64,000 nt of DNA, taken from assembly GCF_963921235.1 (NCBI RefSeq), contig NC_086097.1, forward strand, positions 14,322,001 to 14,386,000, given 5' to 3'. Shown one piece after another: positions 50,896-62,404 of this stretch. The notes below the pieces were generated by a model. That model did not search any database, was not told the origin of the DNA, and saw only the letters and a list, made by a program, of their open reading frames with translations. The translations under genes were made by a program, and so were the position numbers. Numbering within the stretch: position 1 is the first letter of the stretch; the number at the start of each line of letters is the position of its first letter. The DNA comes from Mobula hypostoma (taxonomy: Eukaryota).

Positions 50896-52565
50896 CTGGT
50901 TAGCCAAGTGTTTTTAAATTATCTGTGTTTTGAATCTGCAGCTGCAGTGGATCCTGGGATCTTCCTTTTTTGTGTGCTTTCCCGCTTTATGTTTCGCTGG
51001 TTCTGTGCGGGACCTACTCGTTGACACATTGCTTGAAGGGTGGAGCAAGAGCTGTTAGGTGATAAGTGGATCCAAATGAGGCAGTTGATAGTCAAATGAG
51101 GGAAGGAGAAGAGCGGAAATGATGTCCAAAGCTGGGTTGGAGCTAGGAAAAGGCTCTTGTAGAGCATAAATTCAGTCAGAGTGAGTAAGCTTTATCTGTG
51201 CTGAAATCCCTACATAATTTGTTGTCATCTGAGGAGGTGCATGTACCACTGCATCATCCCTACTACAGTATATAAAAAAGAAAAAGAAAAGAAAGATGTA
51301 GTGTCAGAAAAAGAGAAAATGTTAAAGACCATCAGGCATAGGAGGAGAATTAAGCCATTTGTCCCATCGAGTCTGCTCCACCATTTGATGATGTCTGATT
51401 TATTTTTCCACTCAGCCCTTCCTCATAACATTTGATGTCTTTATTAATCAAGAACCCATCAGCCTGTGCTTCAAAAATATCTAAAAGTGAGAATGAAAGA
51501 GGTAAAAGAGGGAACAAGAAAAGGCAAAGAATGGAGGGATATGGACCTCATGAAGGGAAAACGGATTATTTTATGTAGACATTTAATTACTAGTTTATTT
51601 GGCTCAGCACAATATTGTGGACTGAAGGACCTATACCTGTGCTATACTGTTCTATATTCTAAAGAGAGAGAAAACAAAAAGAGATAAAGAAAGAAAAGAG
51701 AAAGGAAAGAGAGAAATAATTATAAGAAGATACAGGGGGAAAGAAGGAGAAGAAATAAATGAATAAATTGACAATAAACAAACGGGCTGGCTTGTCTATC
51801 AATCTGTTCCTGGTCATATGAAAAACTCTCACACTTTGTGCCACAATGTTACTTCAGCAGAGGAATACAGTTCAACCATCTATCCTTCATGCCCTTAAAG
51901 TCACCTGTCAGCTCCCAGTGTAGGATTCAATTTACTCTGAGTTTATTCACTGAACTTTTCTACCCACTCTCCACCCTTCACTTTCACCAAGGAAGACAGA
52001 GTAGCAGCATACCTACAATGGTAGCCATTTCCACAGAAAGGATCTAATCCACTGTAAAAGAATTGTTCCTTCAATGTCAAAGTTGGCAAGATATTCTGTC
52101 AAAGTGTCCATCTGGGAGCTGACTAACCTCAGATGGCAAATCTGAAAAAACTTCAAGCACAGGGATTCAAAGCAGAAACCAGAAAAAATGGACCATTGGC
52201 CACAGCTGAAATCGTCGGTCTCAATGTTGAACATAGATGTCCTTCATAAAACTGAAACGCTAAAACCCTTCTGTCTGATTTTCAAGGTGGTGATTGGTGC
52301 CTCCTCAGCAATAATTCCTACAGCTCGAGCAGGTGGTGGACAGCCATTGGGGACTTTCTGGGGAAGTGTGGTGGTGCAGCAGTTTGTGCGGCCGTCTCAT
52401 CTTGGATCTGAACCAGTTATGTGAATCAGAACTCTGCCTGGTTTCCACCAGCCTCTCTGTGGCTTCTTGGGGAGGAACAAAGAAAACACTGGCTAATGAA
52501 ATGACATTGAGTGGAGAAGAACAGTGGTAGAGAAATGTCCTACAGAAGCCATGACGTTATAAGTT

Positions 52566-52800
52566 TAAACGCAAACAACAGGAATTCTGCAGATGCTGGA
52601 AATTCAAGCAACATACATCAAAGTTGCTGGTGAACGCAGCAGGCCAGGCAGCATCTATAGGAAGAGGCGCAGTCGACGTTTCAGGCCGAGACCCTTCGTC
52701 AGGACTAACTTAGAAGGGTCTCGGCCTGAAACGTCGACTGCGCCTCTTCCTATAGATGCTGCCTGGCCTGCTGCGTTCACCAGCAACTTTGATGTATGTT
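52566..52800 (-). mobile_element. Young fold-back Penelope-derived hammerhead element
   Basis: Perfect 88-bp inverted arms 52610-52697 / 52713-52800; 12-bp TSD acgttataagtt at 52554-52565 and 52801-52812. Confidence 0.9.
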
Positions 52801-53624
52801 ACGTTATAAGTTCTCTACATTTATCCTTGCAATAATGACTCATTAACCTAGAAGTTACTTTGGCTAACTTCCATGGATTATTTCATGGTCAAAAGGGATA
52901 AAACATCTGAAGTTGAAACTTCAAAATAAAAACAGGAAGTACCACCATCTCCAAGTTTCTCGCCAAGTCACAACTGTGAGGAACACCCACACAATCTGGA
53001 GGTGCTCAGCAGGTCAGGCAGCATTTATGATGATGGTGAGGTAGCATCCCGATGAAGGGTCTCAGCCTTATGCATCAACTTTTCATTCAGAAATGGTCTG
53101 ACCTGCTGAGTTCTTCAGCGTTTTGTGTGTGTTGCTCAGGGTTTCCAGCATCTACGTAATCTCTGGTGTCTCCAGAGTCACACACATCATGGAAATCAGC
53201 CTCCCCTCCATGGACTATGTCTATAGAGCTCGTCACCTCAGTAAAGCAGCCGGCATAATCAAAGACCACCCCACCCCCCCCACCCGTCCTTCCCAGACAT
53301 TCTCTTCTCCGCTCTCCCATTGGGCAGAAGATACAAAAGCCTGACTATATGTACCACCATGTTCAAGGACAGCTTCTACCCTGCTGTAATAAATCTATTA
53401 AATTGTTCCTTAGCATGATAAAATGAATGCTTGACCTCACAATCTACCTTCTTATGACCTTGCACTTTGCTGTTTACCTGCATTGCACTTTCTCCATAGC
53501 TCGTGCATTTTATTCTGCATTGTTATTCTTTTATCTTGTTCTACCTCCATGTAGTGATTTGATCTGCATGGGCAGTATCTAAGACAAGCTTTTTACCATA
53601 TCTCTGTATATGTGACGATAATAA

Positions 53625-55730
53625 ATCAAAAGAAGCTGCAGAAGGTTGTAAATCTAGTCGGCTCCATCTTGGGTACTAGCCTACAAAGTACCCAGGACAT
53701 CTTCGGGAGCGGTGTCTCAGAAAGGCAGCGTCCGTTATTAAGGACCTCCAGCACCCAGGGCATGCCCTTTTCTCACTGTTACCATCTGGTAGGAGGTACA
53801 GAAGCCTGAAAGCACACACTCAGCGATTCAGGAACAGCTTCTTCCCCTCTGCCATCCGATTCCTAAATGGACATTGAATCTTTGGACACTACTTCACTTC
53901 TTTTTTAATATACAGTATTTCTGTTTTTGCACGTTTTTTTTACCTATTCAATATACGTAATTGATTCACTTGTTTAATCATTATTATTTTTATTTTATTT
54001 ATTTATTTTTCTCTGTTAGATTATGTATTGCATTGAACTGCTGCTGCTAAGTTAACAAATTTCACGTCATATGTTCTGGAGCATGCTGATATTAAGGGAG
54101 AGGAGGTGTTGGAGTTGTTAAAATACATTAGGACAGTTAAGTCCCCGGGGCCTGACGGAATATTCCCCAGGCTGCTCCACGAGGCGAGAGAAGAAATTGC
54201 TGAGCCTCTGGCTAGGATCTTTATGTCCTTGTTGTCCATAGGAATGGTACTGGAGGATTGGAGGGAGGCGAATGTTGTTCCCTTGTTCAAAAAAGGTAGT
54301 AGGGATAGTCCGGGTAATTATAGACCAGTGAGCCTTACGTCTGTGGTGGGAAAGCTGTTGGAAAAGATTCTTAGAGATAGGATCTATAGGCATTTAGAGA
54401 ATCATGGTCTGATCAGAGACAGTCAGCATGGTTTTGTGAAGGGCAGATCGTGTCTAACAAGCCTGATAGAGTTCTTTGAGGAGGTGACCAGACATATAGA
54501 TGAGGGTAGTGCAGTGGATGTGATCTATATGGATTTTAGTAAGGAATTTGACAAGGTTCCACACGGTAGGCTTATTCAGAAAGTTAGAAGGCATGGGATC
54601 CAGGGAAGTTTGGCCAGGTGGATTCAGAATTGGCTTGCCTGCAGAAGGCAGAGGGTGGTGGTGGAGGGAGTACATTCAGATTGGAGGATTGTGACTATTG
54701 GTGTCCCACAAGGATCTGTTCTGGGACCTCTACTTTTCGTGATTTTTATTAACGACCTGGATGTTGGGGTAGCAGGGTGGATTGGCAAGTTTGCAGATGA
54801 CACAAAGGTTGGTGGTGTTGTAGATAGTGTAGAGGATTGTCAAAGATTGCAGAGAGATGTTGATAGGATGCAGAAGTGGGCTGAGAAGTGGCAGATGGAG
54901 TTCAACCCGGAGAAGTGTGAGGTGGTACACTTTGGAAGGACAAACTCCAAGGCAGAGTACAAAGTAAATGGCAGGATACTTGGTAGTGTGGAGGAGCAGA
55001 ATGATCTAGGGGTACATGTCCACAGATCCCTGAAAGTTGCCTCACAGGTGGATAGGGTAGTTAAGAAAGCTTATGGGGTGTTAGCTTTCATAAGTCGAGG
55101 GATAGAGTTTAAGAGTCTCGATGTAATGACGCAGCTCTATAAAACTCTGGTTAGGCCTCACTTGGAGTATTGTGTCCAGTTCTGGTCACCTCACTATAGG
55201 AAGGATGTGGAAGCATTGGAAAGGGTACAGAGGAGATTTACCAGGACGCTGCCTGGTTTAGAAAGTATGCATTAAGATCAGAGATTAAGGGAGCTAGGGC
55301 TTTACTCTTTGGAGAGAAGGAGGATGAGAGGAGACATGATAGAGGTGTACAAGATAATAAGAGGAATAGATAGAGTGGATAGCCAGTGCCTCTTCCCCAG
55401 GGCACCACTGCTCAATACAAGAGGACATGGGTTTAAGGTAAGGGGTGGGAAGTTCAAGGGGGATATTAGAGGAAGGTTTTTTACTCAGAGAGTGGTTGGT
55501 GCGTGGAATGCACTGCCTGAGTCAGTGGTGGATGCAGGTACACTCGTGAAGTTTAAGAGACTACTAGACAGGTATATGGAGGAATCTAAGGTGGGGCTTA
55601 TATGGGAGGCAGGGTTTGAGGGTCGGCACAACATTGTGGGCCGAAGGGCCTGTACTGTGCTGTACTATTCTATGTTCTATGTTCTATCTACATGCCGGTG
55701 ATAATAAATCTGATTCTGATTCTGATTCTG
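53625..55730 (+). mobile_element. Rex1/Babar 3' fragment split in its tail by a CR1
   Basis: [15 protein letters not shown]; 3'UTR stops ~54070 and resumes ~55690 with (tctgat)n. Confidence 0.85.
54070..55687 (+). mobile_element. Young 5'-truncated CR1 (complete RT domain, one nonsense codon)
   Basis: ORF 54106-55275 and 55309-55701; near-identical to 38152-39770. Confidence 0.97.
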
Positions 55731-55954
55731 AAATAAATGAATTACCCCATTTCCTACTCCTATGCAGTATTACAAGGGTAGCTGCTCCTACTAGATGCCT
55801 AGTCCCCCCCATGGGTGGATGTGCAACCTCTCCTGTTGCTGCCCTAATTCAGTAAATACCAACAGGTTATCTGGTCAAATGGAAGTGGACTGCCGAGTAT
55901 CCTGAAGCTTGTGGGTCTGTTAAGATAGGTGCTAAGCAGCAACTCATTTGCTTG

Positions 55955-56745
55955 CATCTTCAGAACAGCTCTATTTCTATCTCTGATATCTCTTTTTATC
56001 CTTTTCAAGGTTCTTTTGAAGACCCTGACCTGGAGTTACACTTTGACTTCGGTTGTTTGCGGGAATGGGACCCGCTCTCAGGGCCTCACGACCGGCCGCT
56101 TTTTGATATCCCAAGGACGCAGCCCGGATGACAAGCACGCCTTCAGGGTTCCGGAATTTCGTGGCTCTGGGGGCGTGCTGATTTTAGGCCGGTGCCCCTG
56201 ACTGAAGCAGCGTGGGAGAACTCGGAACATCGGAAGCAATGGGTTAGCTGCCAGGGGTTATGTGCCCGGAGAGCTACGCCTTCCTGGTGCCCACTCTCCG
56301 GGTGCAGAGCTCGGAAAAAGCAACGCAACAGACTTTTAACATCATAAATCAATGAGTTGTTTGTTATGTCTCTCCTCTTGCTGTGAAACGGGGACACTTT
56401 TTCCCGTATTAGGGAAAGAGAGAGCCTGTGGTATGTCGAATTATCAGGTGAACAAGTAGTTTTTGGGGTACTGCCACTCTGTGTTTTTCTTGATGCTTTG
56501 CTGCACGCGTGAGTGCACAGTGGGGGGTGCTGATAATTTTTTGCTGGTGGGGGTGGGGGAGTGTTGCCTTGCTGCTGCTTGTGTGTGGGAGGGGGAGTTG
56601 GGGGGAGGTGGTTTTGGGGTTCTAACATTTTAACTGTCATTCATTCTTTGGGATTCGCCTCTGTTTTCATGGATGTCTGCGAAGAAAATAAATTTCAGGA
56701 TGTATATTGTATACATTTCTCTGACATTAAATGCAGCTATTGAAA
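55955..56745 (+). mobile_element. Non-coding interspersed element with LINE-type tail
   Basis: 3' part (tctaacattt...catggatgtctgc...tgtatacatt..ctga) recurs at ~33195-33310; CpG-rich body. Confidence 0.55.
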
Positions 56746-59164
56746 CCTATTGGACACTGGTGAGGTGGTGGTAGAGGTAGATACACTAAGGACATTGAAG
56801 AGACTCTGAGACAGGTACATGGATGAAAGAAAATAGAGGGCTGTGTGGGAGGGAAGGGTGAGACTGATCTTAGAGTAGGTTAAAAGGTCAGTACAACATT
56901 GTGGGCCCAAGTCCATCAGACATAGGAGCAGAATTAGACCATTCAGCTCCACTATTGTATCACGACTGAATGATTATCCCTCTTGACCCCATTCTCCTGC
57001 CTCCTCACTGTAACGTTTGATGCCCTAACTAATCAATGAACCTTTCAACCTCCACTATAAATATACTCCACGACTTGGCCTCCACAGCCATCCATGGCAA
57101 TGACTTCCACAGATTCACTACCCTCACTGGCTAAAGAAATTGCTCCTCAGCTCTGTTGTAAATGGAAGGGCCTGCACGGTGCAGTAATGTTGTATTTTCT
57201 ATGTTTCACTTACACTCTATAAGCACCAGCTGGGGGAATGTACCAGCAGGTCTCTTGTGGAACTGCTTGTGGTAAGTAATGCCAATCTTATAATATTACA
57301 ATGTGCTAGCAGTTTGACTGAAATTTCGACAAGACGTCCCTGATGGGGGACTGCGGATACCATTCTACAGATATGCTACCATTGGTAAGCTGCTTCTTAG
57401 GGCCACAAAGCTTTCTGACACAAGCAACTTGTTCAAATAAATAATTTACCGATGGAATTTGGTGAGTGCTGCCAATAGGAAGAGGCATAATTTAAATGTG
57501 ATTGGAGGAAAGTATATGGGGGATGGCAGAGATAAGTTTCTTTACACAAAGAATGGTAGGTACATGGTATGCCCTGCCAACGATGGTGGCAGTGGCTACT
57601 TGAGGGTGATTTAAGCGACTCATTGAAAAATGGAGGACAATGTGGGAATGAAGGGTTAGATTGATCTTGAAATAGGTTAAGGGTTGGCACAACATTGTGG
57701 GCTGAAGGGCTGGTACTGTGCTGTAAATTCCAGCAGAGAGCCAATGCTATAGACTGAGCATTCTAATGCATGCCATTGGCCGTAGTGATCTCTGGAAGAC
57801 CTTGAGGTCATGGAAGGTGATCCTTTCATAACATGTGCCACTATCATAGGAGCCTTGCAGCAGATTATATCTTGTTGTGCTTTCTTTTTGCATCTGAGTC
57901 ACTCTGAACCGTTACATCTTTTTTCTCACCAGTAAATAGGTCATCATCACTGGCAGCAGTTTGGGAACTAGATAAGGATCCAATCAAGAAGAATAAGTAA
58001 TTTATGCATTCAAGAATGTTGCTGTCATTCCAACCCCAGCAAGCTGCGCCCTCCCCAACCATTGCCCCCTCCCAGTGTTACCCTATAACACCCCTGTCCT
58101 GGCAGTGGGTTTCAGGAAACCAGTTAACCTGATCTGCTAGTTCCGACCGAGATATCCGAACCAAACTGTCAAAGCTAAATTGCTGCTTTTAACTGTTTGA
58201 TTGGACATCAAAATCTAAACTGTTCAAGCAGATGACTGGATTTTCACACAGCTTGTGCCAGGTTAATTTGTTGCACAGTATGGTACTTCCACACAAGCCA
58301 CCTGGACCCCTTCCTACCATGCCTATGCAAGCATCTTGGATCCTTGCTCTCGTTTTAATTATTCCTCCCGGTGCCAGGGCTGAGGACTGGAGCCAGGGAG
58401 CATTAGAAGCAGTGAGCTCGCTCCAGTCACAGCAGGCTGCTGCTCCCATGTATCCCTGGCAGATCTGCCATTAACTGGTGTGTTTTGGCCAGCGTGCAGG
58501 CTTGGCATTAGTGCGGCTGGGGTGCTGTGCCTCTCTGCGCAAGCAAAGTACTTCCTCGGCAATCTCGAACCCACCAGCTCCCAGTGACTTTTCTCCCCCC
58601 TCCCCTGCCCCGCTGATCAATGACCCCAATGCTCATTACAATCTCCTGGGCTTGAAAATGGTGTCGTCCACTTGGGACCTCCCTAACCCTCCGCAGTGAT
58701 TGCAGGCAAACATTCCACTCTACTCTGCAGCACAGTTCAAATGTCTGGCTTATCGGAAATTATGTGCCATTTCCAACTCAAGACTGGCCTGGCTGATAAT
58801 TGCCCCTTACCCCTAAGATTGCACCTCGAAAGCACACGGAATAACGATGTGCTTTTTAACAATGCTTATAAAATTTTGGCTAGTCTGTCTTTGGAGCATT
58901 GTGTAAAATTACAGCTCCCCCGTTTAACAGAGTATGTGGAAGCTTCAGGAAAGCCACAGAAGAAGTTTACAAGTAGCACACACAAAATGCTGGAGGAACC
59001 TATCAGTTCAGTCAGCATCTATGAACAGGAATAAGGAATCAACATTTCAGGTCTCAGCCCAGAATAACAACTCTTTATTCCTTTCCATTGCTGCTGCCTG
59101 CGCTGAGTGCCTCCAACATTTTCTATGTGTTCCTCTGGATTCCCAGCTTCTCTTGTGTTTATGA

Positions 59165-59945
59165 AAAAGCTTACATGGATGCTACTTGGAGTAAAGGGTA
59201 TGAGCTATAAGGAGAGGTTGTACAATCTTGGGCTGTTTCCTTCGGAGGCTGAGGAGAGACCAGAGGGAAGGTAGACTGTCAGAATTGATTTTCCAGAGTG
59301 AGAGTGTCAAATACTAGAGGGCATGCATTTAATATGTGAGGGGAAAATTCAAAGGAGATGTCTAGGGCAAGTTTTTTTTACACAGGTTTTTTTTAACAAA
59401 TGTCTGGTACAGGCTGCTGGGGGTAGTGGTGGAGACAATTGGAACAGTGGTGTTAAAGAGGCTGTTAGATAGACGAGAATGTACAGGGTATAGAGGGATA
59501 TCAATCATGAAGATAGTTCCCGATGTTGTGGAAGTCCAGAACGAGGGGTCACAGTTTAAGGATAAAGGGGAAGCCTTTTAGTACCAAGATGAGGAAAAAC
59601 TTCTTCACACAGGGAGTGGTGAATCTGTGGAATTCTCTGCCACAGGAAACAGTTGAGGCCAGTTCATTGGCTATATTTGAGAGGGAGTTAGATATGGCCC
59701 TTGTGGCTAAAGGGATCGGGGATATGGAGAGAAGACGGGGTTCTGAGTTGGATGATCAGCCATGATCATACTGAATGGCGGTGCAGGCTCTAAGGGCCGA
59801 ATGGCCTACTCCTGCACCTATTTTCTATGTTTCTATGTACAGGCAGGAAAGATTCAGTTTAATTCAGTGTTGTACACAGCACAGACATTGTGGGCAGAAG
59901 GGCCTGTTCCTGTGCTGAAGTTCTCTATGTTCTCTGTTCTAAATG
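59165..59945 (+). mobile_element. Old CR1 3' fragment with nested younger CR1 3' end (~59515-59838)
   Basis: ORF 59523-59765 SRTRGHSLRIKGKPF...NLWNSLPQ. Confidence 0.85.
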
Positions 59946-60739
59946 ACCATAGTTCTATTGGCTGAACACAGAGCGTAGAACAGTACAGCATAAGAACGGG
60001 ACCTTCAGTCCACAACGTTGGACCAAACGAAATAAATTAGTAGTCAAATGGCCAACTAACTTAGTAATCAATCCTCGGGGGACTTTTGCAGCTTACCAAC
60101 AAAAACTCCTGACTGGATCACAAAGCTTCATAGCACCAAAGTAAACTATTTGTCCTACTATATCAAAGCAGGCTCCGCAGTGCGATTCTTCTGCCTAAGC
60201 AATGTCCATATCCCTCTATTCTCCTCACATTCATGTGCCTCTCTTAACATCTCTTAAAAGTCCCTGATGTATCAGCCTCTACCACCACCCCAGACAGTGA
60301 CTTCCAGCCACCCACCACCCTCTGTGTAAAAAAAACTTGCTCACACATCGCCTTTGAAATTGCCCCCTCTCGCCTTAAATGCCCTCTGGTATTAGAATTG
60401 GAAATAGGGAATGTCATTCACAGAACATGAAGACTAACTAGAATAGAAAAGGAGTGGAGAGAATGCAAAGTGAATCTTACTGCAGCGCCAGCTTTGGTAT
60501 GGGAGGACAAAGAGTTTACTTTGGTGCTGTGAAGTGTTGTGATCCAGTTGGGGGTTTTTGTGAATAAGCTGCAGAATTCCCCCATGGATTGAAGTGGTGC
60601 TGGGAAAGGTGGGAAGCTTGAGTGCTGAGGAGGATAAGAGAACAGTCAGAGAAGAGGTTGGGACTAAAATGACTGCCCGACAGGGATCCATCAGAAACTA
60701 AAGATGCTGCCACAGGAGATGGTGGATTCTGCAGCCAAC

Positions 60740-61727
60740 ACACCATTCACTGCAACTTTCACCAAAGGTGAAACTTATCTTTGCCTCCTCCCCCTCTCCA
60801 CTTTCTGCAGGTATCTCTCCCTCCATGATTCCTTTGTCCATTCATCCCTTCCCACTAATCTCCCTCCCTGCAGCTAAAGTGCTACACCTGCCCATTCACC
60901 TCTTCCTTCACCTCAATTCAGGGCCCCAGACAATCTTTTCAGGTGAGGCAGCACCTCACCTGCAAATCTACTGGGCTCATCTATTGCATCCGGTGTTCCT
61001 CTACACTGGGGAGACCCATTGTATATTGGGGGAGGGGGCAGTGCTTTGTCAAGCACCTCTGGAGTATCTGCCAAAATCCGAACTTCCAGGTGGCTAAGCA
61101 TTTTAATTCCCATTCCCGTTCCCCTTCTGACACGTCAATCCATGGTCTCTCTTGTGCTATGATGAAGCCTCCCTCAGAGTCGAGGAGCAACACCTTATAT
61201 TCTGTCTGGATAGCTTCCAACCTGAAGGCATGAATATTGATTCCTCCTTCCAGTTAAAAAAATCCTCCCCTTCCCGTCTTCTTCTATTCCCCCTCTTGCC
61301 CCTTACATCTTCTCATCTGCCTATCACCTTGTCCTGGGTCCCTTCCTCTTTTCCTTTCTCCTATGGTCCACTCTCCTCTCCTATCAGATTCCTTCCTCTC
61401 CAGCCCTTTACCTTTCTCACCTGCACAGCCTCACCTATAACTTTCTAGCCATTCTCCTTCTCCTTCCCTCACTTTTTTACTCTGACATCTCCAGCCCTTT
61501 TCCTTTCCTACCCACCTGGCTTCACCTATCACATTCTAGCTATCCTCTTTCCCATCTCTCCACCTTTTAATTATTGTACCTTTCCTTTTCCTTCCCCGTC
61601 CTGAAGAAGGGTCTTGGCCCAAAACATCAACTGATTATTCCTTTCTATAGATGCTGCCTGATCCGCTGAGTTCCCTCAGCATTTTATGTGTGTTACTTTA
61701 GATTTCCAGTACCTGCAGATTTTCTTG
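60740..61727 (+). mobile_element. Degraded Penelope-like 3' fragment
   Basis: KCYTCPFTS, VRQHLTCKSTGLIYCIRCS, EEQHLIFCL; decayed hammerhead at ~61598-61633. Confidence 0.85.
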
Positions 61728-62404
61728 AGGTAGTGGAACCAGATGCCATCACTTGTTTGGGAGGCATTCGGACAAACAGTTAGATAGACATAGAGGGATA
61801 CCGTTCTAATGTGGGCAACTCAGATTAGTGAGCTGGGCAAAGAGTTTGGCGTGGACGTGATGCCATGATGAGCCATGCATGTGACTCCAGGACTCTCCAC
61901 AGATGTGACAGGGTGAAAGGCCTGTTTCTGTGCTGTGTGACTCCAGGACTTCCGGATGAATGTACTCCGATAATAAATTTTACTTTGAACTTCGAACTTT
62001 GACTCTCTGAATAGCCTTGTTCTGTGTGGAGATGATTCCGTGATTCTGAATACTCTCAACTCGTATCCCGAGCTGGAAACTGGAGAGGGAGCAAGGGTAG
62101 AGGTGGTGCCCTGTGCCCTGTATGTGGTCGGGCAGAGTCCAGAAGATGTGAAAGAGATTGAGCAGATTGAGTAAGTTACCAACCCCTTCAGGAATGGCCG
62201 GAGCTGGGCTGGAAATTCTAATTTTAGAGACTGGGTGGGATGATATGTGAAAGGCAGGAGGAAGCAGAGTGGGTGACCTAGTCAAATTTGAGTGAGGTGT
62301 TCATGCCTTATAGCATCAGACATCTGTATTCAGTCCTCAGGGAGTATACATAAGGATCCTGCACTTTATTCCAGTGACAATGTGGGTTTCCTCTCCATAC
62401 TCTA

